The position numbers and the translations under genes are program-made. Below the pieces are notes generated by a model. The model was not told the origin of the DNA. It searched no databases and worked only from the letters and a program-made list of their open reading frames with translations. A DNA stretch of 64,000 bases from Thermoplasmata archaeon (lineage in GTDB: Archaea; Thermoplasmatota; Thermoplasmata; UBA10834), in the NCBI GenBank assembly GCA_014859835.1, contig JACZKW010000104.1:51608-115607 (forward strand). The letters are read 5' to 3'. Positions 22,566 to 31,898 of the stretch are shown one piece after another. Positions within the stretch are counted from its first letter, which is position 1; every line of letters starts with the position of its first letter.

Positions 22566-23573
22566 GTGGCCATATTCTTCAACGAGGAATTCTACGGGCA
22601 TGTACAGGACCCATTCCATCCTGAATCACCAGAGAGACTACGTGGGATCGTGCAGAAGTTAAAAGCCCACGATCTGTGGGGGGATGTAAGGGCGTCGAAG
22701 ATGGGACAGAGGGCCCACCTTGAACTCGTCCATGATGGAGACTATATCGACTTCATCGAGACCTGCGGCGAATGCAGTCTGACGATGGACACCAGGGTCC
22801 ACCACGAGACCTATGCAATAGCCGCCTTGTCCGCGGAGTGCGCGATCGATGCCGTGCGGTTCTCCAAGGAATCTGGAAAACCAGCCCTGGCGATGACGAG
22901 GCCACCTGGCCACCATTCAGGACCTAACTATGGGATGGGATTCTGCTATTTCAACAACATATCGATAGCTGCAAAGTATCTTCTTAAGAATGGAGATAGA
23001 AAGATCGCCATCGTCGATTTGGATGTCCATCACGGAAACGGGACTGAGCAGATATTCGCTAGCGACCCTCAGGTCCTTTACATATCCACGCATCAGACGG
23101 GCATCTTCCCAGGAACTGGGAATGTGGATTTCGTCGGCAAAGGGGAAGGAAAGGGGTTCAACTTCAACATGCCATTCCCGTCTGGATGTGGAGACTCCAC
23201 ATACGATGTGGCTTACAACGATTTCTTGAAGCCGGTACTGGAACAGTTCGACCCAGATGCGATACTAGTGAGCCTGGGAGTGGATAACCACTACAGAGAC
23301 CCTCTCGCATCCCTCAGCCTGTCTTCGGATGGGCATGTTCGACAGGTCAAGAGCCTTTTGAAGCTGGCCAAAAGCTGCAGAAACAGGGTCACGTTCATGC
23401 TCGAGGGGGGGTATGATGTGCCTTCACTGGCGGAAGTGGTTGCAGGAGCCTATGGCGCAATGCAAGGAGTCGAGGTGCCACTGGACTTCATGGACATGAT
23501 AGACAATAGTTGCCTCGGACGCAACGTGATTGAACGATGCAAACGCAACGCGTCCGAGTATTGGGACCTATGA
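22566..23573 (+). CDS. histone deacetylase / acetoin-utilisation AcuC family deacetylase
   Basis: It has HHGNGT, HHGDG-like and Asp/His zinc ligands typical of class I/II HDAC-like amidohydrolases. Confidence 0.8.
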   Translation: MAIFFNEEFYGHVQDPFHPESPERLRGIVQKLKAHDLWGDVRASKMGQRAHLELVHDGDYIDFIETCGECSLTMDTRVHHETYAIAALSAECAIDAVRFSKESGKPALAMTRPPGHHSGPNYGMGFCYFNNISIAAKYLLKNGDRKIAIVDLDVHHGNGTEQIFASDPQVLYISTHQTGIFPGTGNVDFVGKGEGKGFNFNMPFPSGCGDSTYDVAYNDFLKPVLEQFDPDAILVSLGVDNHYRDPLASLSLSSDGHVRQVKSLLKLAKSCRNRVTFMLEGGYDVPSLAEVVAGAYGAMQGVEVPLDFMDMIDNSCLGRNVIERCKRNASEYWDL

Positions 23574-24731
23574 CTTCGATTTCCGTTTCTTGACCAGGTC
23601 GAGCCGCTTCTCGTGATCCCTCTTGACATTCTTCTCGAGTGTGTTGAGCAGTTCGTCCGCGGCCTTGTATAAATCCCAATCAACAATCTTGCCGTAGTAC
23701 ATGTTCTTCGCAGTGGTGAGTCTTGCACCCAGGCCGTACTTGCTCTTCAAGCCTTCCGAATTGTGTACGCTCGCATGGAGGGTGAACACCCGAGGTGATT
23801 CGAACCTATCAATCCGCTTCATGGCTTTACCAATGAGTTCGTAAAGAACGTCGTACACCTCGGGATCATCGAAGTCGAGGCCAGTTATCTGGACATAGAC
23901 GCCCTCTCTCGGCTTGAGACTGATGACTTGCTCCATCAGGTCGAACTGGGACACGACCCCGATGAGCTTGTTCTCATCAGTAACGAACAGAGTGGACAGG
24001 TTCTTCTTGAGCATGATTGAGACCGCCTTCTCGACGGTATCTGTCGGGGAGATGTAGACAGGGGATCGATTCATGACGCTCCCCACTCGAATGTCAGCAG
24101 CCTCTCGGTCCGAGCCCTTGATCTCATTCGGAGGCTTCGAAGCCTTCGGCGACCACATCACGTCCATGATCTCGGTCATGCCTATGGCACCGATCAAAAG
24201 ACCGATATCATCGACGACTGGCAACCCCTTCTCATCCAAGCCCTTCATGATGACCTGGGCCTTTCGGATGGTCTCCTTCTCTGTGACTGACTGAGGAGTC
24301 TTGCTCATGAAATCCAGGACCTGACGGCCTTTCAATTCATCGACCTGCGGCAGGATCCTGATGATATCTGTCCTTGACAGGAAGCCGACCATTTTGTGGT
24401 TCCTGACCACAGGGGCCCCGCGGACACCGGCCAACATCAGTTCCTCGGCCGCATGTAGTACGCTCATGTCTTCTTCCAGATTCGGACAGGGGATCATGAT
24501 ATGCTCGACTTTTGCCGTCAGCGGAACGTTCCTCCGAGCCAATAGAGCCTTATAGCTAATCAGGCCCAGCGGCTTGCCGCCCTCTACAATAGGTATCTCC
24601 CTGACCTTGTTCTTCCTCATCTTCGATATCATCTGGGAAACGGTCTCTCCCTTGTCTGCGGTCAAGGGAGACTGGGTCATTATGTCCTTCACGAGCAGCT
24701 TGTCTATCGCAATAGCCTTCAAATCAAACAC
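23568..24731 (-). CDS. 4x CBS-domain protein with an HPF/YfiA-like C-terminal domain
   Basis: Two CBS pairs occupy the N-terminal ~280 aa. The C-terminal ~100 aa shows the beta-alpha-beta-beta-beta-alpha pattern of ribosome hibernation/sigma-54 modulation proteins. Confidence 0.65.
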   Translation of the reverse strand: MFDLKAIAIDKLLVKDIMTQSPLTADKGETVSQMISKMRKNKVREIPIVEGGKPLGLISYKALLARRNVPLTAKVEHIMIPCPNLEEDMSVLHAAEELMLAGVRGAPVVRNHKMVGFLSRTDIIRILPQVDELKGRQVLDFMSKTPQSVTEKETIRKAQVIMKGLDEKGLPVVDDIGLLIGAIGMTEIMDVMWSPKASKPPNEIKGSDREAADIRVGSVMNRSPVYISPTDTVEKAVSIMLKKNLSTLFVTDENKLIGVVSQFDLMEQVISLKPREGVYVQITGLDFDDPEVYDVLYELIGKAMKRIDRFESPRVFTLHASVHNSEGLKSKYGLGARLTTAKNMYYGKIVDWDLYKAADELLNTLEKNVKRDHEKRLDLVKKRKSKS

Positions 24732-25037
24732 TCCATTCTTGAATCATTGTGGCAAAAACAGCTGTTGAACGTATCCACATTTACCAATCGCCACTCCCCA
24801 TCTAAATACTTTCTATCTGCTTCCTCTCGCTGATAGTAACGCCAAGGATTTATATGGAACGTTCATTGTGGTACACCAGATGATTTCCGCAGTCTGTTCC
24901 GGGTCTGCCGGAGCATGGGGGCTTCGGTGTTGAAGAGCGGTTCAGGAGGTTCGGCGCACAAGCGTGGGCCGATTCACGCGAGCGACGGGCGTCACAAGGG
25001 AAAGGTCTCCGACAGGACATGTGAGGGGGCGAGTCGG

Positions 25038-26261
25038 ATGGGATTCCATACTCTGGACGACTTTGATCTGCATGGCAAGAAGGTGCTTCTCAGGGTCGAC
25101 ATCAATTCACCTGTGAACGAAAAGACCCTGATGCTTGAGGACGGGTCGAAGATATTGTCTTCCGTCCCCACCATCAGAGAGCTGCTCGATCGTGGAGCCA
25201 TGGTGGTTGTCCTGGCCCATCAGGGAAGGCCTGGCGATTATGATTTCATACCATTGAACGAGCACGCGAACTTCCTTACCAGGTATCTCGGAAGGAAGGT
25301 GAAATATGTCGATGATTTATTTGGCGGATACGCTCAGAAGGTCATAGACGGCATGACCGAAGGCGAGTGCGTCCTTATGAAGAATGTCAGATTCTTCTCG
25401 GAAGAGCAACTCAGTCGAACCCCTGACGAGCATGCCCAATCTGAGCTCGTGAAGGAGCTCTCACCAAGGTTCGACTTATTCGTCAATGATGCTTTCGCAT
25501 CATCCCATAGGACTCACGCATCGCTGGTCGGATTTGCGAGCGCGATGCCTTCTGCGGCTGGGAGACTCCTCGAAAAGGAAGTATTGACTCTGACAGAGGT
25601 ATTCCAGAATCCTAAGAGACCATCGACATACATATTCGGAGGCAAGAAGCTCTCCGATGCGCTGCAGGCGATCTCCAAGCTTGTCGAGGAGGACAGCGTG
25701 GACCACGTCTTGGTAGCAGGACTTGCAGGTTATGGATTCCTATGGTGTCTCGGGAAGAGAGTAGGCTCGAGAACAGAGAGATTGATAGAGAAGGATGTGG
25801 CAGGATCCGAGGTCGCTGAATCTGCGAGGAGACTCTACGAAAAGCATTCGGAGAAGATCACCCTACCCTCAGATGCCGCAATAGACGTCGAAGGGGCACG
25901 GGCGGAGTTCGAGATCGATGGACTCCCTGTCGATGCCGGGGTCCTTGACATAGGACCCAAGACCATCGCTGCATACTCTGCAATCATACTCAAATCGAAG
26001 ACTATATTCCTATCTGGACCGCCAGGAGTCTTCGAGAGGGAGGCCTTCGCGACTGGGACAAAGGCGATCTACGAAGCGATGGTGGAATCAGGAGCTTTCT
26101 CAGTCATAGGTGGAGGGCATTCCAGCGCGGCGGCCAACAAGCTAGGTCTCATTGGCAGATTCTCGTATTGCAGCACGGGAGGAGGTGCCCTGGAACGATT
26201 CATGCTGGGCAGACCGATGCCCGTCCTGGAGGCACTGAGGCTCTCCGCGAAGAAATTCTAG
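25038..26261 (+). CDS. pgk: phosphoglycerate kinase
   Basis: PGK N- and C-domain motifs are present, with length about 408 aa from the internal Met. Confidence 0.9.
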   Translation: MGFHTLDDFDLHGKKVLLRVDINSPVNEKTLMLEDGSKILSSVPTIRELLDRGAMVVVLAHQGRPGDYDFIPLNEHANFLTRYLGRKVKYVDDLFGGYAQKVIDGMTEGECVLMKNVRFFSEEQLSRTPDEHAQSELVKELSPRFDLFVNDAFASSHRTHASLVGFASAMPSAAGRLLEKEVLTLTEVFQNPKRPSTYIFGGKKLSDALQAISKLVEEDSVDHVLVAGLAGYGFLWCLGKRVGSRTERLIEKDVAGSEVAESARRLYEKHSEKITLPSDAAIDVEGARAEFEIDGLPVDAGVLDIGPKTIAAYSAIILKSKTIFLSGPPGVFEREAFATGTKAIYEAMVESGAFSVIGGGHSSAAANKLGLIGRFSYCSTGGGALERFMLGRPMPVLEALRLSAKKF

Positions 26262-26896
26262 TCGTACGGGAAGCCTTTCTTAGCAGCTCCTCCGAGAATC
26301 GTACCGCCTATAGACCTCGATCGGATGAGCCCTCTGAGCGGCACACCATCAATCTCGTTCAAGCTGCTCTTGTTCACGATGACAAGGACCAGGACTGGAT
26401 CTCCTCCAGCCTCGCGGATATCTGTTATTGCGCCTTTGATCGTTGCGCCAGTACTGAGGACATCGTCTATGACGATGATCTTCTTGCCATCACCTGGAGA
26501 TGCGAAGTTCGAACTGAAAGCTCCGCCGGACTCTGTCTCCGAATGCGGCCGATATACCCCGAAATCGAGACCCATTGTCTCAGAAAGCTTTGTAGCGAAT
26601 GGGATTCCGTTGATGGATATACCCAGGACCACATCGGCTAGTTTGTCCCTCTTCGAGAGTTCCTCAAGGGCGATGTCCGCAAGCAGTTCGGACAGGAGTC
26701 CTATCCTGTATCCTGACACTCCGATGGATCTCCATCCGATCTTCACATCGGATGGCGGCAATCCTTCCGCTCCGTATTCAATCAGATAGTTGACTGTATC
26801 AATCGAAAGGTGCAATTCATCTGCAATCTCCCTCACACTCAGGCCCTTCTTCCTGAGCACTTTGGCGTTGGCGGCTAGCTCCTTCACATCTACCAT
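26258..26896 (-). CDS. GfcR-family regulator (HTH plus PRTase-like domain)
   Basis: An N-terminal HTH (LSVREIADELHLSIDTVNYLI) is followed by a phosphoribosyltransferase type-I fold (IVIDDVLSTGAT). Confidence 0.7.
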   Translation of the reverse strand: MVDVKELAANAKVLRKKGLSVREIADELHLSIDTVNYLIEYGAEGLPPSDVKIGWRSIGVSGYRIGLLSELLADIALEELSKRDKLADVVLGISINGIPFATKLSETMGLDFGVYRPHSETESGGAFSSNFASPGDGKKIIVIDDVLSTGATIKGAITDIREAGGDPVLVLVIVNKSSLNEIDGVPLRGLIRSRSIGGTILGGAAKKGFPYD

Positions 26897-26923
26897 CTTA
26901 CCACGGTGCGCAAGAGTAGCTTG

Positions 26924-27838
26924 TTACGATATTAACCTTTCTCCACGGACGACAGCCAGCGATTCAACCATAGCCAATAATGTGCGATTAAGGGGTGCAG
27001 GCACGGCAAGGGATGAGGCGTACTTGCACATGATGCCAGTTATCTGAGATATCTCGGTTCTTCTGCCCATCTCGACATCCCTTAGCATACTCGACCTGTT
27101 TGAGGAGGTCCCCATTACCACTCGATGTACTCGCTCAGTCAGGGATCCATGTGGGAGGGGTATCCCGGCCGCATTGGAGATGGCGACGCATTCCGAGCAT
27201 ACTTCATCCATCAAGCGCGATATAACATCGCTATCCAACAGAGCGCCGTTCGAGATGCGCAATACCGCAGTCAGAGGGTTTATCGAAGCGCTCACGATCG
27301 CCTTGGACCATATCTCCTCGATCACATTCTCGTTGGTCGTCGTCGGGATCCCTGATTGGGATAATGCATCGGCGATCTTACGCGCGCCATCTGGGTCGAT
27401 ATCAGACCCAATCACCGTCCGGCCTAACCCAGAGAGTCGAACAGTGCCAGGTGATTCGAGCATCGCCCCCATGGTCGTCGATCCGCCAAAGGCCTTCGCG
27501 CCTTTCCAGGACCTCAATGCTTCGAGATTCCCCATGCCATTCTGGAGAGTGAGCACCATGGTGTCCTCTCCGATCACAGACCGACAGATAGCGATGGCAG
27601 ATTCTGTATCGTATGCCTTGACTGCCATTATCAGCAAGTCTGGCTGAGAAATATCGCCAAGTGCCGTCCTCGCATCTAGGTGGACGGATATATCTCGACC
27701 ACCCATGATTCTCAATCCGCTGTTAGTGATCGCAGCGATGTGAGGATCCCTACCTACCAGGGTAAGCTCATGCTTCGAGGATAACAAACCCCCAATCGCA
27801 CTGCCCAGGGAGCCCGCACCAAATACACAGATACGCAT
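26924..27838 (-). CDS. panE: 2-dehydropantoate 2-reductase (ketopantoate reductase, ApbA/PanE family)
   Basis: It has the N-terminal Rossmann motif MRICVFGAGSLGS and the ApbA C-terminal domain. Confidence 0.75.
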   Translation of the reverse strand: MRICVFGAGSLGSAIGGLLSSKHELTLVGRDPHIAAITNSGLRIMGGRDISVHLDARTALGDISQPDLLIMAVKAYDTESAIAICRSVIGEDTMVLTLQNGMGNLEALRSWKGAKAFGGSTTMGAMLESPGTVRLSGLGRTVIGSDIDPDGARKIADALSQSGIPTTTNENVIEEIWSKAIVSASINPLTAVLRISNGALLDSDVISRLMDEVCSECVAISNAAGIPLPHGSLTERVHRVVMGTSSNRSSMLRDVEMGRRTEISQITGIMCKYASSLAVPAPLNRTLLAMVESLAVVRGERLIS

Positions 27839-27862
27839 CGATTGACACCCACTGTGACCCGT

Positions 27863-28252
27863 CTATTTGTGAGTTTTTGCCCGACGCGCATTGCCCGCGG
27901 CTGTATGAGCTAGCCTCGTGGGCTCAGATACACGATGTACCGTCATTTTCTTGACAACGGCCAGTGCCTGTTTCTGAGATATGCCATCACCTGCAGATAC
28001 GTATATCGGTCTTCCCGACCCGCTCGTGGAATGTTCATAGTCGAAGACCTCGTCATTCGGCCTGACTCCTCGGGGGTTCTTGAATGCCCTCCCGCAGGAG
28101 GTTCCACCGAGCAGCTTCTTGGCAACACCTATTGTCGGGATCCCCCATTCCAAGCCTGCATGACAGGCAATGCCAAATCTCTCAGGGTGGAGTGCACCAT
28201 TCCCGTCATAGATGAGAACTGTCCGTTCATTCAATGATTCAGATAGCGGCAT
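27863..28252 (-). pseudogene. nfi: endonuclease V (nfi) homologue, N-terminally truncated fragment
   Basis: Residues ...LIYDGNGALHPERFGIACHAGLEWGIPTIGVAKKLLGG...VSEPTRLAH align to the middle and C-terminal part of EndoV, starting at about E. coli residue 100. The roughly 100 N-terminal residues, including the catalytic Asp and the PYIPG wedge, have no coding counterpart in any frame of the 86-bp upstream gap. Confidence 0.55.
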
Positions 28253-28338
28253 GATCAGATCATGATCGTCGAATCAGACAATCAGACTTGCGGACGCAAT
28301 CTCGAATGACTTAAGTATGGAAATAATAATGCTCTCGC

Positions 28339-29232
28339 GTGGACGATACAACATTCATAACTATCATCCAAATAATCGCCGCAGGTTCTGTCCTTGGGTA
28401 CGCATCATATCTCGATTTTAAGACAAGAAGAGTCAGCAACCGATTCTGGATAGTCCTGTCGGTAATCGCTATCGCCATACTCTCGTTGAGGATGGTCATC
28501 GAAGAAGTGCGGCTTGAATATCTCCTGATATTGGTACCCATTCTTGCCATTCTCGCCGATGTCTACGTCGATTTCCGAGATGACAGCCCATTGGCAGGAT
28601 TCGCCCCATTGCTCGAATATGGCTGCGCAATCGCATCCACGATCATCCTTGCATACATGTGGAGAGATGACGAATATTTCCTCCATCTGATGACAATCCC
28701 TGTGATGATGTTCGCGATAATAGTGATGTACGCCTTCGACATCATCCGCGGAGGAGCGGATGCGAAGGCCTTGATCGCGCTCTCGATCATGTTCCCATTC
28801 TACCCACAGATCGACGTCTTCCCGATAATTGCATTGGGAGATTGGTATACTGAGGTCTTCTTCCCGTTCTCGTTCATCGTCCTTGTAAATGCAGCGATTC
28901 TGGTCGCGTTCCTGCCAATCCTATTCGTTGTGAAGAATATCGCATCTAGAGAATTCGAAATACCATATGCGTTCCTCGGATACAAGATGGATGCAGATGA
29001 AATCCGCGGAAAACATGTCTGGCTCATGGAACATATCGTCGACGGAAACCATGTACGACATACAAAACCACGGAGAAAGGAAGAACTTGAATCAGAGGTT
29101 GAGCAACTGGTCGCCGCCGGTCATGAACGTCTCTGGATCACTCCAAAAGTGCCGTTCATCATCCCGATATTCGCAAGCTTGGTGTTCACGACAATCGTGG
29201 GCAACATACTTCTACCCATCATGAACCTCTGA
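28339..29232 (+). CDS. A24-family prepilin/preflagellin (archaellin/pilin) signal peptidase
   Basis: It has multiple TM helices and a catalytic Asp pair (YLDFKTRRV... and IRGGADAKAL, i.e. GxGDxK-like). The start codon is GTG. Confidence 0.7.
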   Translation: MDDTTFITIIQIIAAGSVLGYASYLDFKTRRVSNRFWIVLSVIAIAILSLRMVIEEVRLEYLLILVPILAILADVYVDFRDDSPLAGFAPLLEYGCAIASTIILAYMWRDDEYFLHLMTIPVMMFAIIVMYAFDIIRGGADAKALIALSIMFPFYPQIDVFPIIALGDWYTEVFFPFSFIVLVNAAILVAFLPILFVVKNIASREFEIPYAFLGYKMDADEIRGKHVWLMEHIVDGNHVRHTKPRRKEELESEVEQLVAAGHERLWITPKVPFIIPIFASLVFTTIVGNILLPIMNL

Positions 29233-29779
29233 AGGGCAAATTCCGGAGAATGGACAACCTAGACATAACGGGGTTGCAGGACAATGTGTTTTGCACTGAG
29301 TCACGATCAGTGCGTGTGCTAGGGAGAGTCTTCGAACATCCCTGCCAATCGCATCCTCGACCTCAGTCTTGACCTTGTCATAGGACCGACCAAGACCCAA
29401 CCCTAGCCGATCAAAGAGGCGGAATGCATGGGAATCCACCACGAAGCTGGGCGGTTCGTATACCCTTCATGATCTCGAGATCCCCGTCATATCGATAGAT
29501 CAGGTATGCGGAAAATGTCTTCAGATATCTGGATTTCTGCCTATAGAATCCTGACGGGCGAATCAGTCCCTGTAAGCGTGATTCATCGAGCCCCATTATT
29601 GCTCGTGGATCGAGAACCTGGGCGCGTTTTAGATTGGCAATGGCAATCTTGACGTTCTTCCAGGATACGCGCTGTGTCAGGATGGCGCCCACGATGACTT
29701 CGAAGACCGAGTCAGAAGGCCATCATTCATCCCGTCCACACTCCATCTCAAGGGCCTCGATCACGTCCCGCACGTCCAT
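29212..29779 (-). pseudogene. HhH-GPD (endonuclease III-like) DNA glycosylase gene disrupted by an in-frame TGA and a frameshift
   Basis: Three segments in two frames (MDVRDVIEALEMECGRDE-TGA-WPSDSVFEVIVGAILTQRVSWKNV...IRPSGFYRQKSRYL..., then ...FVVDSHAFRLFDRLGL...CKTHCPATPLCLGCPFSGIC) reconstruct an EndoIII/Mig-like protein. The shift lies near 29440-29470 in the HhH region. Confidence 0.55.
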
Positions 29780-29794
29780 CCCAGAATGATCCTC

Positions 29795-30823
29795 CTAGAG
29801 TGGGACTATCAGGTTCAGCGATCTGCCGCACTTGCTACAGACACCGTCCTTGGACATATTCATCGACACGAAGAAGCCATCACGCTCGATCATCAGAGAG
29901 CCGCAGTCCGGACAGTACGTGTTCTCCTTGTCGGCAGCATGGACATTCCCCAGGTATACATATTCAAGACCCGAGGCTTTCGCGACTCGGTACGCTCTCT
30001 CCAATGTGGATGTCGGCGTGCGTGGCACGTCCATGAGTCTGTAATCAGGATGGAATGCTGAGAAGTGAACAGGGACCTCTGGGCTCAGCTTGTCGTTCAC
30101 CCACCGGGAAAACTCCCTGAGTTCCTCTTCTGTGTCGTTGTGCTTTGGGATTACGAGATATGTCAACTCTATGTGAATATTCATCTCATGGGCTATCTCG
30201 CATGTTCTGAGAACCGGCTCGAGGCGAGCCCCGCAGACATTCCTGTAAAATGCATCTTTAAAAGCCTTCACATCGATGTTCATGGCATCTATAAGGCCAC
30301 GGAGTTCCCTGAGTGGGGTCTCCTGTATGAAACCGTTCGTCACATAGTTGGTCTTAAGGCCATGCGCGTGCGCGGCCTTGGAGGCAACCGTTGTGAATTC
30401 GTGCCAGATTATAGGTTCGTTGTAGGTCCAGGATACGGAAGACGCGCCGGTATTCTTAGCATAGCGGACCACATCATCCGGCGTGATGGTCACTAGCTCT
30501 GAATCAGATGGATCCGCTCGTGAGATGCTATGATTCTGACAATGACTACATGAGAGGTTGCAGCCAACACTCCCGAACGAGATCGCAGTCGACCCCGGAA
30601 GAAAATGGAATAGCGGTTTCTTCTCGATCGGGTCAGGATGGATCGAGGATGCTCTTCCGAATATCAGCGAATAGAGCTTAGATGAACGATGTTCCCGCAC
30701 TCCGCATATTCCGCGCTTTCCGTCGGAGATCAAGCATGCATGAGGGCACAGGTTGCATCTGACCTTGTCTCCCTCGATCGAATAATGAAGTGCCTCATGC
30801 CTTGCGAATTCGGAAGTGCTCAT
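29795..30823 (-). CDS. radical SAM enzyme (AmmeMemoRadiSam-system AmrS / PFL-activase-like)
   Basis: An N-terminal Cys-rich ribbon (CNLCPHAC...CGVRE) and a CxxxCxxC radical SAM motif (CNLSCSHC) are present. Confidence 0.65.
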   Translation of the reverse strand: MSTSEFARHEALHYSIEGDKVRCNLCPHACLISDGKRGICGVREHRSSKLYSLIFGRASSIHPDPIEKKPLFHFLPGSTAISFGSVGCNLSCSHCQNHSISRADPSDSELVTITPDDVVRYAKNTGASSVSWTYNEPIIWHEFTTVASKAAHAHGLKTNYVTNGFIQETPLRELRGLIDAMNIDVKAFKDAFYRNVCGARLEPVLRTCEIAHEMNIHIELTYLVIPKHNDTEEELREFSRWVNDKLSPEVPVHFSAFHPDYRLMDVPRTPTSTLERAYRVAKASGLEYVYLGNVHAADKENTYCPDCGSLMIERDGFFVSMNMSKDGVCSKCGRSLNLIVPL

Positions 30824-31790
30824 ATCCGAGATTCTCCAGTTTCTCCCTTCGTCCATTGTCAATAAGGATGTTCTCCTCACCACTCGTCACTTTGCCTATC
30901 ACCGTCAAGGGGCAACCGACCTGTTCTGACAGAGCTGCGAGGTCGGCCTCGCGCTCCCTCTTCATAGTGAACAGAAGCTCGAAATCGTCACCGAAATTGA
31001 GTACCAGGTCCTTCTGGCGCTCAGCGTCCTGGAATGCCAAGCAGACCTCCGAAGCCTTCGGAATCAGGGCATAGTCGATCTCGTGGGTCAATCCTGAATT
31101 CCTGGATAGCTCGAATATGGATGCAGAAAGACCATCTGAGATATCCATGCAGGAAGTGACACAACCCGAGGCCCCTAGCGCCATGCCTTCCTTTATCCTT
31201 GGCCATGGTCTTTTGAGTTGATTCTCAGCCTCCTTTAGGTTGAGACCACGCTTTAAAGAAAAGAATCCGGAGCCTGCCCTGCCCAGGCAACCAGTGACTA
31301 CAATCAAATCCCCCGGCCTCGCACCCTTTCTGAGCAGGATCTTATCCTTGTCGACCTCGCCAACCGCGGTTCCACAGAGAATCAGGTCTTCGTGCTCCTT
31401 GGTGTCCCCACCCACAATCGAAGTGCCGAACCTGAGGGCACAGTCATTCATTCCATCGACCATCTGCTCCAGGAAGTCGATCGGATGCCCCTTGGTTATG
31501 CCTATTGCAGTCACTACACCCAGAGGTCTGCCACCCATTGCGGCGATGTCGCTCAGGTTCACTGCCACCAGCGACCAGCCGATGTCATATGGACCCATGC
31601 CCTTCGGGATATGGGTCTTGGTGACCATCATGTCCGTGGTTACCAGCAGATACTTGTCGCCAATGTCCATAGCTGCGCAGTCATCCCCGATGCCTACGGG
31701 GACATCGCTCTTGACGATCCTGTCGATAACCCTTATGGCCTCGCGCTCACCCAGGGTTCCGAGAGTCTTCATGGATGATACAAGATTCAT
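30795..31790 (-). CDS. thiL: thiamine-monophosphate kinase-like (PurM/AIR-synthase-related fold) protein
   Basis: It has LGEREAI... GDDCAAM ... LLVTTDMMV ... VNLSDIAAMGG ... GGDT motifs typical of ThiL. Confidence 0.6.
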   Translation of the reverse strand: MNLVSSMKTLGTLGEREAIRVIDRIVKSDVPVGIGDDCAAMDIGDKYLLVTTDMMVTKTHIPKGMGPYDIGWSLVAVNLSDIAAMGGRPLGVVTAIGITKGHPIDFLEQMVDGMNDCALRFGTSIVGGDTKEHEDLILCGTAVGEVDKDKILLRKGARPGDLIVVTGCLGRAGSGFFSLKRGLNLKEAENQLKRPWPRIKEGMALGASGCVTSCMDISDGLSASIFELSRNSGLTHEIDYALIPKASEVCLAFQDAERQKDLVLNFGDDFELLFTMKREREADLAALSEQVGCPLTVIGKVTSGEENILIDNGRREKLENLGYEHFRIRKA

Positions 31791-31898
31791 ACGACGTAAT
31801 TAAGCCTTTTTAAGACCGGACTAAAAGAGACCCGACGCTTACCGTGACAAACCTTAACGTACTAATACAGGAAGCTCTATTGCTCGCCGGTATTCCGC

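Noticed and set aside
29723-29725. In-frame TGA in the glycosylase gene as selenocysteine or other recoding
   Set aside because: No SECIS-like context was recognised. The gene additionally carries a frameshift. A nonsense mutation in a pseudogene, or a sequencing error, is more parsimonious.
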